The position numbers and the translations under genes were made by a program. From NCBI GenBank assembly GCA_024679065.1, contig JAGIQG010000032.1, forward strand, positions 13,578,001 to 13,642,000: 64,000 bases of DNA, in the 5' to 3' direction. The DNA is from Sphyrna mokarran (Eukaryota). Positions 12,163-26,180 of the stretch are shown here, piece by piece (positions within the stretch are counted from its first letter, which is position 1; each line of letters begins with the position of its first letter). Under the pieces are notes generated by a model that did no database searches, was not told the DNA's origin, and worked only from the letters and a program-made list of their open reading frames with translations.

Positions 12163-15100
12163 CTAATAATGAATGAGAAATTGGTAAACAGGAGAGTACA
12201 AAGACATAAGAAAGAGAACATTCAGGTAATACGTTCAAGAGGCACCAAAATTAGAGAACCAGTTCATTAAATATTTACTATTCCAAGAAACAGTTTCTAA
12301 GAACAAGTTTTAATTAAGTAGGTAACAATAATAAAATGCTTAAGCATACATTAAAGTAACAAATAGAGGTTTCTTGAACTCTTTAGGAATCGTCTTTATA
12401 TGTCTGTTGGTCATTAGGAAAGGTTAATTTTTACAATTATTTTTCCAATTTTCTCTTTTCCTTGAAGGCATCATGACACTTCCCACCTTACAGTATCTCA
12501 CCCAAGTGGCACTTCATTGTTGAACTTCCCTGTTAATTCTGATCCCACTTTCATTAAAGTCAATACAAAAGGTTTTGGAGAATGACCAGGGGCAGGGGTA
12601 CTGCCCAACTTTTCTCCTTCTTAATCATGTCAGCTGAAATTAACTGATTATACAAACCAGGAGTGCCATTGGGATTTTTCTGCTCCGTACGAGTCTACAG
12701 GCAATATAATCACTAAAGTCTTTTTTCACCCACCACCAACACCACCACCCTGCCTCCCCCCCACTTCGCCCCCCCAACTCCCCCACCATACTTCAAGAAA
12801 TACAATACTTTTACAGAAAGCGCTTGTTGTCCTTGAAAGAAAAACTTCAAGAAGTTATTATTATGAAAATTACCATTGTCAGTTAGTTTCTGTCAGCAGA
12901 AATCACACATCACATATGTATAAACAACCCCTGCCAAAAAGCGCAATATTTAATAGTCAGGTGTTCAGTGACTTGCTTCGCAACTGAGAATACAGATTGT
13001 GTGTGTCAGTTTGTGAAGTTGAGAAAAATACCATGCATGCATTCACAGAGTTGAATATTTTGGGTCAGGAATGTGCTATTTATTGTCCACACAATGGAGA
13101 CAGCTCAGGGCTTATGTTGGAGAATGATTAAGTAATGGTAGACTCATCATAGGAAAACATTCAGAGGCCAGGACACTCATCTCTGCTTACCAAAAGAGAT
13201 CTTCTGCTTTGACAGAGATATATTTGGCTCATGTGTCTGGGCGAGTAATTAATTTTATTTCTTCAGTTCAGGTGCTTCCTGGCTGAAGTTCAACATGGAA
13301 ATAGCATGCCAACCTGAAATGTATTGGTGCTTGTGGCTGATGCCAGATGAAGAGGTGTCTGATGACACACTGGTGTTCTCCTTTTATGTATTTTGGAAAA
13401 CCTCTCCATCAATGTGGACAAGATTTTCTTTATTTGATCACACACTGAACTGTACGATATTCAATTATATGTCACAATGAAATGATAATTGAACAGTTAC
13501 TTCATAAGTAATATTTGTTTGTAATTCAGATTAAGATGGCAGCTTTACTTGATTGGCCACATTGCTGCACATCATAAAACACAAATTGTCTCTTTCTCTT
13601 TAGATTCAACAGGTGGCTTTCTTTGGAATTCTTCTAGTGCGGGATGAAATATTAAACTCTCTGAACATTGTCGACGTCCTCGAGCGCACACGCAATCCCA
13701 TTACTCCAACTTGAACACATTTTGTCAAATGTGCAGTTGTCTGCCATGGAAAGAAGGTTGCTTTGAGGCTTTTACTGTTTTAGTTATGGGCAACACACAA
13801 TGCATTAATATTGCTGTAGAGCATCTAAATGCAGCAATGATCAGAGATGAAAAAGTAGCTCCCATTTTAATGTTATCAAACCAGGTGAGAAATCTTCTGC
13901 AGCTCACCAGAGTGTGACAACAGCAATTTGATGTCATTTGACATGTCTGCAATTTTTGACAGGTGACAGGACCTGACGTCATCTCAATCATGTAAGGCAG
14001 AGATGAGTATAAATGCTGAAGCAAAAGAGCGAATAGATTTTGTTTCAAGTTGTTCCTGCACACGCAATTACAGACAAAATATATATTGAAGCTTGTGAAT
14101 TGTGACAAAATGACTCAGGCTACCAAAGAATAGTGACATAAATACCGTGTGCGATAGGAAAGAGTGTTATCTGCTACACAATGTATCATGTAATGTACCC
14201 ATGGCATACATCTGATCAGCTCATCAATACGCTACAAGTGATCTGGATTGTAGATACAAAAGAACATTAAATCAATTAGAGTAAAAAGCAAAAGGGGAAA
14301 GTTCACATTGGTGGTAATTATAGTGCGGACAGTTCTTCAGTTGCAGCCAGCCTGTCAGAAGGTGGATGTGAAGATATCTGTGCATTATAGAAAAGGGTCA
14401 ATGTTAATTTTATCACATAGACAGGATCCAAGTTTTGGTGAATAACAGAATCATTTTGCTTATAGGCACTGAGGTTCGTTGGTGAATATGTTAGTAATAT
14501 CATTTTTCAGGATTCTTTGTCCATTTTCCTAGAGAATGGATCTAAATGTGAGTTTTTAAAGAAAATTTTAGAGTTAGAGTTAAAGGTTTCTTTAAGAGGG
14601 TTAACTTTTCAGGACAACTCCATGCTGGGATATGAATCTAAAATCAGATGAAAGGAAGTTAACGTGCTAATCAGAAGTTGTTTTCCCTGGAGTTTAAACA
14701 TTCAACATGTTGGTCATTTGTCTCTGTAACAGATAAACGCTTCACACCTGTCCTGTTGAAAAGTTTTGTTTTGATTTCTTCCTGACACGTAAGAAGGTTA
14801 TTCTGATTTTTTTTTATGGGAATGACATGCTGTATAGACAAAAGACTATGAAACAGAAAAGAGAAAGTAAGTTTGGCCCGAGACTGTAGGACAGAATGTA
14901 AAGGAATTATCATGTTAAATTTTAGTAAAATAGCTCAATGAAGTGAGTTTATTATTTTAATATGTCACTATACACAGCTAAGTTGAATCTGATTTTAACT
15001 TATTACTATGTATGTTCACCACACTGTGAAATAAAGCAGCTTAATGATTTAAACAAAGCTTTGCTTCACCTAATTTAACTTGGTCTTCTGTCGCTGAGAA

Positions 15101-18100
15101 CTAGAGAAACACATGCAAAAAACATGACATCCAGTCCAAATAACAAAGGGTTTTATTATTAGATTGTGGATTAACGTACAAGTAAAGACAGGGGAATGTT
15201 AATCAATTTCTATACAAGCTGAGTTCCCCAATTGCTTCTGGGAGTGTCGAAAGGTAACTACAATAGGCTGTGTTTATAACAATAAAATAAATTCAATCGC
15301 AACTTTTACGTCTTACTTCTTCAGTGTTTGACGAAGCTTTCATCCTCGTGAAATTGTCCCCAGAATGGAAGGTCTGACATAAATCTAGAGATTGTGCACA
15401 AGAGCTGGATATCGAGAGAGTTTTGAATAAAAGCAAAATAAGTCATGAACTAGATTCAGTTTAAAGAATAACTTTGCTACTTGGCTTGTGCTATAGATTG
15501 TCACCAAACGCAGGCGATTATGTTTCCAAATGGGAATTGGATCAATTACTGATTCAGTGAAGAGCAGAGCAGTGCAGGATCTGGTCAGGAAATGGCACAA
15601 GGAATATTGGCCAGATAAGGTCACAAAATAGAGCCATGGGGATTGCCTGAACAAGCTAGTCTGGTTTCTACATTCTTAAGTATTTATCATAGATTGACAA
15701 AGTCAGGTTGCCATGCTTGATGAATAATGTACAGCTTCATTGAGAATACAGTGAAGAAACGATTGATAAACCTGTCATATTCCAGTAAAAGTAAAGTTCA
15801 TTCTTCGTTGGTGCTTAGTATCGAATTTTTAACTATTTTATTTAAGTCAGCTAAATAAAATAATTAGGAAGGAAAAGCTGCAATTGTTTTGAGGCACTAT
15901 TCGGTTAATTAAGAGCATATTTCATCTAACTACTGCTTTTCTGGGAATGAGACTTGAAGAATAATATAAATAACTTTTTCCTGGGGATTCTAAATTAAGC
16001 ATCTTTTCTCCAAGAATAACCTGCTGCTATTCCTTTGATATATATCGTCTACTGTGGCCTTTCATGTTGTTTCTTAATTAGGTTCAAGCAACCTTTCATC
16101 TTTACTTGATTTTCACTCTCTAATTTTTTTAATGACTTTTGTGAGAGGCAGCTGCACAGCGATTGAACATGCTTTACTTTTAACAGGAGGCACTGCCAGG
16201 TCAGATGGAGCACAGGTAATGAGTTCAGAGGATATACACCTCACTCTTATTCGACCAACAATGGGGGCTGACTGCCTGTGTGCGATATTTTAAAATCATA
16301 AACTCTCCTGACTTCACCACATAATTGCATGGAGTGAACTCTCCTCACTACAATTCCAAAAAAGCATCAATACTGTTTTAGTGCAGGGTTCCTGTTTCCT
16401 GAACTAACTATCGACGTCGGGCAAAAACAGCTGGTATTGAATAATTGGAAGTTTTGGGGACACTGGAGCTGTGTGGAATTGTCTAAACTTATTTCATCTT
16501 GGGTCTGTTAAAACCAGCAAGACAGAGACACTTCCATCTCTTCAATATGGAGGAGATTTAAGCCTGGGTCCAAAGGTGAAATATTGGTCCAAAATTTGTC
16601 CCATGCCCTTTGACCTGGATATTTGTCCTCAGGTGTTCAACTCAAATTAGATTTATGCTGCACACTGCTGAACATTAAGATGATAACAGCAGAGGACTGG
16701 GGTGTTGGTGAGTGACAGTACTAAGGCCTAAGTTTTGCTGTCTCTGGGTGGCAGGAGGTTTGTGTGGGGATGCAAGGGATTAGGATAGAAAGATAAAATG
16801 CCACAAAGCTGCATTAGGAGGGATCCTGTTAATGAATCTCTAAACAATCCACTAACCCTACAGAGGGAACCTCAGAGTGATTTCCCTTTCGGAGGGGTGG
16901 CAGTTACCCTTCAATCACTGGGGTCTGCTTGCCTGAGCCCAGCAGAGAAAACAATTACCTCCTTTCCCTGTGTGAGCACCTCAAAATAGACACATCCTCT
17001 TATTTTTCTTGCAGCCTGAACAGTAGCTACCTCACTGCCTATCTGATTGGTCAATTAAGAAGACAGCGCCGGGACGATTGTAGCCTTGAGGGTGCGTTTT
17101 GTTGCAAGATCAGGACTTAGCCCTTGCTAATAAAATTTCAACCTAAAAGTTTATTCTCTTAATCAGTTACATTCAAGGTCAGAGAGAAACACACTGAATA
17201 ACAGAGAAGGAAATCAGGTGAATTTGACAAGAGATACAAGATCAATTTAATACATTAGAGCGATTGGCAAAGAAAAGACTGAAAAGAAAAGTAATGAAAA
17301 GGTAGAATGGTCAAAATATCTCTAGGAACAATTTTCCACCGTGAGGTCGAGACTTCACAATTTCAACTGTTCCCTTCCTGAGTGTCCGAAGTTGAGTTTC
17401 ATGTTTGGACCAGAAAATCCCCCGTTCTTATTGCAGTGGAGTTGCAGCCCTAACCTTCGGGGGCAAATTTAAATCAGACACGTGGCGCAGTGTCTTGTTG
17501 ACTAGCTCCCACTTTGTGAGGCTAATGGTGCAATTTGAGACAATTTGCTACTCACGGCACCTCTCTTTTCACCGCAAATTGCTGGGTCATTTATGCACTA
17601 ATAACTGTGTGCACTTTATTTTTCCAACAAAATCTGGGCCAATGCTACTCGCTATACTACCCAGGCACCAGCTCATTAATGCAAACACTCCAGAAGCTAT
17701 TGTACCTTTAAAAGAAAGTCAAAAGGTTACTGTATGTTTTCATCATGATAACCAGGTTCCACACATGAAGGGAAAAAGGATTATTACAATTATAGCAGAT
17801 TTCATATGACATGTTTAATATATCCTAGACAGAACCTTTATCATAACTAACGACAATTATCTCCTAGTGAACTTGCAGTAATCATGTCACGGTTGTTAAC
17901 CTCTGGTGTAAATACTGACATAAGTGACTGCACTTCAAAAAAGTAGTTCATTGTGTGAAACACTTAAGAGACATTTCAATGTGGGAAGGTTTTAAATGCA
18001 AGTCTTATTACTGTTGAACTGAAATGAATCAAAGATATGAAGCATTGTGTCAGTGCCAGCACTGAAATCAGAGTATAGAGGTGAAATATTTAGGGATTTC

Positions 18101-18499
18101 TATTTGATTATGGTTGGATTGCAACACAGTTCATATTAAAAGCACAATATTACGCTAACAATCAGTTTGCAACAGGTTAAACTCACTAACAGCTCCGAGT
18201 AATATTAATTAGATCTCGATGAACCTGCTGGTGAAGTGTTTCTTCCTCCATACAACTTAGTTTCAGTCCCGTGACTGTAAGGTTAATATTTCTGAGGACC
18301 AGACCACCAGGACACAGTGATAGTTCACACTGGTCATTCACTCTTATCTCTGCAGAGATAAGGGCAGAGATATTCTTGCCTATCCCTGAACGTGTAATCT
18401 CCCCTAACCCAACAACCTTTCAAGGTATCGGTTATCATCTAAGTCTAGCCGCTTGAACATCCCCTATTTTACTTGCTCCACCACTGCTGGGAATAATTT

Positions 18500-18700
18500 C
18501 TGCTGCTTAGACCCTAAACTCCTGTCTACCCATCTACCTCGCTTTCTGCTTTAAGATACTCGTTAAAACCTTTGAGCTAGTTTTTGGTCACCTGACTTAA
18601 CATCTCCTCATGTTGTTCAGTATCATATACTGTTTTATAATATTCCTATGAAATGCCTTGGGTATATTATAGGGGTAAAAGCACTATATAAATAAGTTTT
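18500..18700 (+). mobile_element. L2-like LINE 3' end remnant
   Basis: ttaaaacctttgagctagtttttggtcacctg...cctatgaaatgccttggg...aaagcactatataaa; related copies at about 9880-10025, 43900-44185 (+) and 42370-42690 (-). Confidence 0.5.
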
Positions 18701-21086
18701 TGTTATTGCAGTAGAAAATTCACTCATGAACTATTGGTCCATCTTAAAAAACTCTGGAAAAAGTTACACCTTGTTGAAAAGTTACTGCTTGCTAAAAATT
18801 ACACATTGTTGAATGAGGTGTAATTGGGCTTTTGGTAACATACTAATTTTATAATCACTCCTAAACACCCTCACTAGTCCTGAAAAGCTAATTTTACACA
18901 ATGCAATGTCAAATTTATCCACTATGATTAAAACGTGACATTTTTAAAATAAAATGTTTTTCTGTTTATTTAGATTTGTTTATCCTTGTTTTAGCTTTTT
19001 TCTTGATGTAATCATAATTTATTTCATTTTGTGATTGGTTGCTTATGGTTGGCTGTGCTTGTGCTTGGATAGCAACAACTGGCTTTCACTGTCGCCAATT
19101 GGTTCAATTTCCAATTGGGAACTGGATTCAACTATTGAGCTGGTTTTCCCACCCTGCTCTTCATGTTAAGACATCCCTTTCACTTGAAGCCAAATTGAAA
19201 TTGTCAATGGAAAGGGCAAAATTCCACCACAAAGGTTACCCATCTTTTGTTGGAAGCTTTTTTGGAAATCAGTGGCAAGCACCCTTCCTCATAGGCCACA
19301 AGATCTAGGCCATTGGAATATCAGTAAACAAGTTGCAGATGTTGTAGTAGCACTGACTGAAGTTAAAAAGATGACTGTTCTTCAGGTTCAACAAAATCTA
19401 TTTTAAATACACAACATTATTGAGGCTAGAACTACATTTGGTCAGCACTGCACTTCCCAACCCAATTTGTTAAAGATAAATGCATGACAGGGTATTGAGT
19501 CCTAATGACTAAGGATCGTTCATAGGTCTGTGCTGAATTTGCTGATCTCAGCTAGGATGATTGAGGTTGTCCATAGCATCCTTTGGCTAAGGGAAGAAAA
19601 TAAATTGGCATGATATGACCCTGAGGCTTTCTAGGTTTAAATGACTCAGTACTGCTTCCCACATTTATCCACAGGCTATTAGGAGTGAGCAGGCAGTGCT
19701 GACTGAGCTGGCAATGTCTTCAATAATGTTCTAAAGTAATATGGATTTCCTTGAGAAATGAACAGTTGTCTTTTGACCTTTGATCAGTCAGGTTGCAACA
19801 ATCTGTACATAAACATTACGGCAGAAGCCCTTGAGCACAATGGATCTGAATTCTGTCCATATCATCGAACAATTAGCTAGAGTGGGAATGCCAGCCATTG
19901 ACCAACATGTCTGTGCTGCAGTCCCCAAAGGTTTCAGACTCACATTTCCATTACATTTGACCCAGGAATCTACAGCTACCAGCTCCGCTTTCAACTAGAA
20001 TTGCTTTTTGTATGAAATCATTGCTACTAGGTTTTAGGAAAATTCTCAAATTAGGCATTAAGAATATTGAGATAATAAATAACTACTTACTTTACAACAC
20101 AATTTAAAGAGCCTCACTGGTAAGTTCTGTTGTGAGGTAAAGCTAAAGCAAGGTAAAGCAGAAGATAAAAATGCCAGAGTTTTTAAAGCTTTGCCCTCAT
20201 TAAGCAGGGAATCTAAATTCCCAAAATTTATTCGATTGTCTCATTTTATTTATTGGACCAGGCAGAAGTAAAATTCAAGAGTAGACCTTTCTTGCTATGA
20301 TCAGCTTTTTTTAAATCACTTGCATGTGGGTGTCACTGATCAGGCCAGTATTTATTGCTGAAGGCATCTTTGACAATTCACCAAAGCTTCTATGACAGTA
20401 TCTTCCAAAGCCATGACATTTACCACTGACTGAAAGGCATCAGGTGCATGGAAACCACAAAGATCCTCTCCACATTATGTCATTCTGACTTGAAAATATT
20501 AACATTCCTTCATTGATGCTGGGTCAAAATCCCTAAATGCCCCTGAGAACGTAATGATGAGTCACCCTATTAAACTGCTGCACTCCAAGTGGAGAAGGTT
20601 TACCCACAGTTCAGCTTTATAGGATTTTGACCTAGTGTCAATGAGGTAATGGCAGTATATTTCTAAGGCAGAATAATGTGCAACTTGGAGAGAAACTCAT
20701 AGTTGGTGGTGTTTCCATGCATCTATTGCCCTTATACTAGGTGGCAGAGGTCACAGGAGCCTTGGTGAGTTGCTGCAAAGCATCCTGCGTGCAGCATGGA
20801 CTGTAGCCACACTTCAAGATGAAAGGCATGACTGTATAAGGTTGTGGATGGGTGCCAATCATTTACAGACAGAGTATGTGTATGGCTTTCCTGACAATTT
20901 CCCTTCAGTAGAATTAACTTTTGCAAATACCAGGTAAAGGCGGCATGAAACCTAACTTAAAAGCTTTACTTGAGGTGGCTGTTGTTAGTTTGTGACAAAT
21001 GGCAAATATGTCAAAAGACTGACATTGCAACATAACTAATACACACCAACAAACATAGCCAAGAGGAGGAAATCTGACCCTCTTAC

Positions 21087-21200
21087 CTAGCTCAGTCATC
21101 ATTGGGATGTTGGCCCCCGTGGTGACAGAGGTCTGTCGGACCAGACCATGGACTGGACTGTTGTCTGGTGAAGCTCTATCCATTCCCGGAGGTGTGAATC
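21087..21200 (-). CDS. KCNMA1: KCNMA1 exon, RCK2 flexible loop (114 nt, phase 1/1)
   Basis: ctttccag|GA TTC ACA ... GAG CTA G|gtaaga; translates (G)[41 protein letters not shown] corresponds to the mammalian RQPS PKA site. Confidence 0.97.
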
Positions 21201-23163
21201 CTGGAAAGGGAAGAAATAATTGAGTCAGAAAATGTACCATTAGGACACTTAGCAGCCTCATTTAGAAAAAGAAAATCCAGGTGCACTCTTGTTCACAAAT
21301 GTGATCGTAGTTTGATTTTCTGATAGCTTTGTGTTGATGCATTTCAGTGCAAGAACTAACTCCCCTGTTTAAGCAACTGACCACTACTCAATGCAACTTC
21401 GATTAAATAGTACAGGTAAAAATGCAAATTTTTGACTTTTCTTGCACAAAACACAAGGATGTTAGCGCAATTGTCAAACTGTAACTTTATCTGTGCTGCA
21501 TCTACAAAAAGATCAGCTTGAAGCTGAGAAGTAAAATGCTACAGTAAGCTCTCATTATAAAGCTCTCTGATGTGCCACAGTTTCTGATACAACATGCGTT
21601 GCTGATAAATAAAGTATACACAAACTCCCTGAGTTGCTAGAGTCCCACCACTGAAACATGATATTTGTACGGCTCCCGAAGGGAGTGTTATAGTGAAGGG
21701 TTACAGTACAAAGGAAGCTGACAGCATCTTAAGTTCAGAGAAATGACATATGCTTTAAAGCCAAACAATTCTTCCCACCACCACCCTACCCCCCCCCAAA
21801 AAAAAATTGTTAAGAATTCTAATTGAAGTAGTAGCATCAACTGAGCAAACACTCCTCAATTTGGGAATATGTGAAGAACAGTAAAAATCAACTCCAGTAG
21901 CTCCTCTAAAACTGAGTTCCTCCCCTCTTTTCTATCTTGATAGATCAGAAACTCCACATTGCAAGCTTTTATTCTAAACTCAGTTTTGGTTTAGGTACTC
22001 ACATTAATGTTTCACCATACAAGCAGCAACCTGAAATAATTTCATCAATAAAGGTCACTTGATACTTATTTAGTATTTACAGTTTCCCATCATGTTACAG
22101 ATATTAATTTTACATGTTCTCCATTTTGGTACCACATAGCAAACATAAACCCTTTTTATCAGAAATGTTAACGTTCAGAATCCTACCCATCACCCCCACT
22201 GCTCCCTCCATAAACATGCCATTTCTTTGAAGTCATGCAACTTGACATTTTTCATTTTCCATGTTGACAAGTCAACACCTAAAGCCAGTAATGCTGTATA
22301 CATAATACATAGACTTCAGGTTTTTTTTGAGAGGGCTTCAGGCCATTAGTTAATGCTGACACAATAAAACCCAAGCTGCTGGGTTTTGAATTGTTATCTT
22401 TTTAAAAAAATGATCCCAGAGTTTTAGACAAAACACATTCTTCCACTTGCTTTAAGTACTGCTACCCAAAATTGCTCTTTTGAAATGGAAATCTTTCTGA
22501 GATATTAATGACATATTTTATGTTTCCAAAAAGCTTTGGCTTAAATGAAGAATAATACTCAATAGAATGCTGGGGACGAATCTTCTTGAGAGATGATCGA
22601 GTTCAGTTAAGTCAATCAAAGTGTGATATTTATTCAAGGTTTTGTCTTTTTAAATAACTTGTGTTAACAGTTGTTATTGAAGGGGATTTGTAATGCATCT
22701 CGCAGGATTATAATAACAAAAAGAAATCAAGAGCCTTTATTGTTTTCATGCAAATTTCTTGGCTGCATTTTTGTTCTCTGTATGTTGAAGCTCAGTGTGG
22801 CTTGAAAAGCTCAACTTATACAAATTGCCTGCAACTAGAGGAGAAAAATACACAAAGGAAGAGTGAGTGAATGAGGAGGTCAAAATACCAGGAAACAAAA
22901 CAATTTAAATCAGTAAACCAGAACAAAATGAAATGTGATTTTTTTAAAAAAATCAAATAGCTTTAGCCGATCGAAACTTGATTTCTATTACCTTTCACCC
23001 ACTGCCTTATTTCAAACAATTGTTTTACGTTTAATTCCTTTCCTGTCTCAATAAAAACTGAACTTACTTTGAGTTCTGAATGCTGACAGGTTCGCGTTAA
23101 TAAACAAGAGATTTAAAAGTCTCCAAAAAAATCCAGTACTTGATGAAAAAGAAAACACGTACG

Positions 23164-23488
23164 TGGGGTGGCACAGTGGTTAGCACTGCTACCCCACAAC
23201 GCTAGGGAGCCGGGTTCAATTTCAGCCTTGGGTGACAATGTGGAGTTTGCACATTCTCCTGGTGCCTGTGTGGGTTTCCACATGATTGTCCGATTCCTTC
23301 TCACATTCCAAAGATGTGCAGTCTAGGTGGCCTGGCCTTGGTAAATTGTCTTTAGTGTCCAAAAGATGAATAGGTTAGGTAGATGTGCGGCAGTTACAGA
23401 CATGGTAGTGGGAGCGGTTTCAGTGAGTTGGTGCAGACTCAATGGGTCAAATCGCCTCCTCCTGCACTGTAAGAATTCTATGGTTCTA
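23164..23488 (+). mobile_element. Full-length HE1-like tRNA-derived SINE (V-domain, CR1 tail)
   Basis: A box tggcacagtgg, B box gggttcaattt, core gtggagtttgcacattctcc...gtgggtttcc, tail cctcctcctgcactgtaag...ctatggttcta. Confidence 0.85.
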
Positions 23489-25974
23489 AGCTAATGTTTA
23501 TAGTGCAGAAGAGGGCCTATTGAGGTTCTTCTGCATCATTTCCAAACCAACATCTCACAGCTTGTCCAAAGCACATTTAATATTCTTAGTGCTTTTAATA
23601 TTCTTGTGCCTTCAGCACAACTTACATGCAGAAATATGATAGATGGAAAGACGGTCATGGCACACAGGACTATATTTGTATTATTATTCTTTAAACCTAC
23701 TTGAGAGAAGTCTAACCATTTATTGCTTTTAACACTTCAGCCCATAGAGGATTCTTGTAGAAGATGTTGTCTTATACTATGTACTGCACTGTTCAGACAA
23801 TACAACTCCCATGTTGTTTGAGACTCTTAGTTACTGTAGTTGGGCATGAGAGATAATATGGAAATAATAAAAAAGAAAACTGACAGTGTGCCTCTGTAGT
23901 ATCAGTGACAGACATCCTGCATTGTCTAAGGGTACTTTTATGGGAAACAGAGATTGAGACACCAACTGACATATTTTAAGATGGTAATGATTGTATGATG
24001 TTCAGCAGATAGTGAACTAAAACAATTGTCAAATAGAAGAACAATCAGTGAACATCATGATAAATAAAACTCAATGACTGGATTAAATACTTGTTAATAT
24101 CACATTAGTATCTCCTGCAACATAAATTATGTAAATTTCACACCAAAGCTTATGTGAAAATTATGCAGATTATAACTTGATTAGGCTTTTATCATGAGAC
24201 CCAATTTGGCTTTTTTATCTATTAAGCTTCAATAAATGAGGCATCTGAATAGCTCCCTTGAGCAGCTGCAGTAATAACTACACCAGCAGTTATTTCAGCT
24301 TTTGATGTTAAAGTAGTTCTACATGTACAAAGAGTGCAGTGGGGGTGGGGGCAAAGGATTGTTCATCTTAATGTACAAGTTTATATTTCAGGGAGGATAA
24401 TCCAAAGTGGCTTTGACAAATCAAGGACATGGAAGATGCTGTCAAGACACCTCAGTTAGTGCAGAATATACATACAGTAATGATACATTAACACCGATTT
24501 AATACATGTTATTGAAATTGCAGTGAGCCATCGAAATCTCCATTCAGCTTGGCAGGACTGTAATATTCTGCCAGGTGGGAGGAGCTGTAAAATCCTGGTC
24601 AGGCAGGCTATCAAATGGCAAATGTAGTCACTATCCATGTTTGGTAAGAAGCAATTTATAATCTATTAAGGACTAGGTTAGCCTTTGTTGACTCCTCTCT
24701 TAATTAAAGCATCTTACACTCAAAGCCCAAAAACACCAGCTACTGAAAAGATATGCTGTATAGCCAACTAAAAGTATGTTTACTATTTGCATTCACAATA
24801 CAAACAATTGCCATAACTTTCCAGTCTTTCACACTGGGATCTTCCAGTTCCACCAATGGCACACCGCACCGCAGGTTTCACAGCAGCAAGGGGTGCTTTC
24901 AACAGGAAACTCTGCCAACAACAACAGGACCAGACAATCCCAGCATGCAGCTTGGGGAATAGTAACATAGAGAAATATGCGGTAGGGAAGACTTTTAATA
25001 AAATGTTAATTTATTGAAATTAGGATCCTGACCTTCCTGAGCAGAAACTTCAATACGTCACTGGTGAGGGGTGAGGAAAATCAGAAAGCAAGATTTTGCC
25101 AATGAGATTCTCACTTCGAACCTCATGGGATTTTGTGCCCACATTACCACAAGTTGCAATGAACGTCTTCCCCGAATTAAATGTTGGCTCAGATTAAAAG
25201 CCTGCTTCCATAATGGTGCAAAAAGAAGAGTTGACTACAGCTTCTATGCTATTCTACCTATGTTCCTGAAAGAGTGCAGAGATGAGGATCGGTCTCAAGC
25301 CCCTGTATAATGTGCAACTTGTTCTTTCAGTATCCGTGTTATTCTATAAACTCCCCATCTGGTTCAGTCAATGGAAGAGCTTTTCCTATTACACACTGGA
25401 CTCTGTGTCTTGAGAATTTCCATATGTGCTTGAGGGCGTTCACAGGGAATGACATGGGACTGGATCTCATCTGGTTTGTACTTGTTTGGAACACCGGTTT
25501 TAATATGGAGATGAAAGATATAGGTGGATGATGAATTTTGTATACATATTCAAAAAGCTTTGTACTTGTAATGAACCATAAAGAACAATCTGATGTTGCA
25601 GAATAATGCAAATTATGAGCAGAATTCTCCCCCCAAAATTCTAAGCATCAAATTCACATGAAAACCGGAGTAATTAATATTGTTTTCTTCAGTGGGAGGT
25701 CAGAGCAGAACCTTTCACACTCCGCACTGCAGAGGCCACCAGCGTGAATGTCATTAAATTTTTGGCGTGCTGAGTGGGTACTACACATCAGGCAGTGCTG
25801 AGATCAGTGCATGCACAGTGGCCCACACTGATGGTTCCCCGATTGCTGGCCAGACTGGAACTTCCGCAATTCCAGTCTCCGTCCCCGACATGGCCTGATC
25901 GCTGACAACCCTCCACCACCAACTCCCCCCCCACCCCCGACCATTCTCAGGCCCAGCCCTGACAACATAATCCT

Positions 25975-26180
25975 TCAAATAGTACCATGGGATCGTTTAC
26001 GTTCAACACAGCAGAGAGCCTCAATTGAACAATTCCTCTGAAACACAGCACCTTCGACGGTGCAGCACCCTCTCATTACTGCACTGAAGTGTCCAGCTAG
26101 ATTGTGTGCTCAGGTCCCTGTAATAAAACTTCAATCTATGACCAGTGAACAAAGAGGCAAGACATGTGAGTTAAGGCTAA
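25975..26180 (-). mobile_element. Deu-domain SINE (SacSINE1-like) fragment
   Basis: aaatagtaccatgggatc...cagcaccttcgacggtgcagcac...tgcactg; homologous to 35095-35490 and 37930-38245. Confidence 0.6.
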
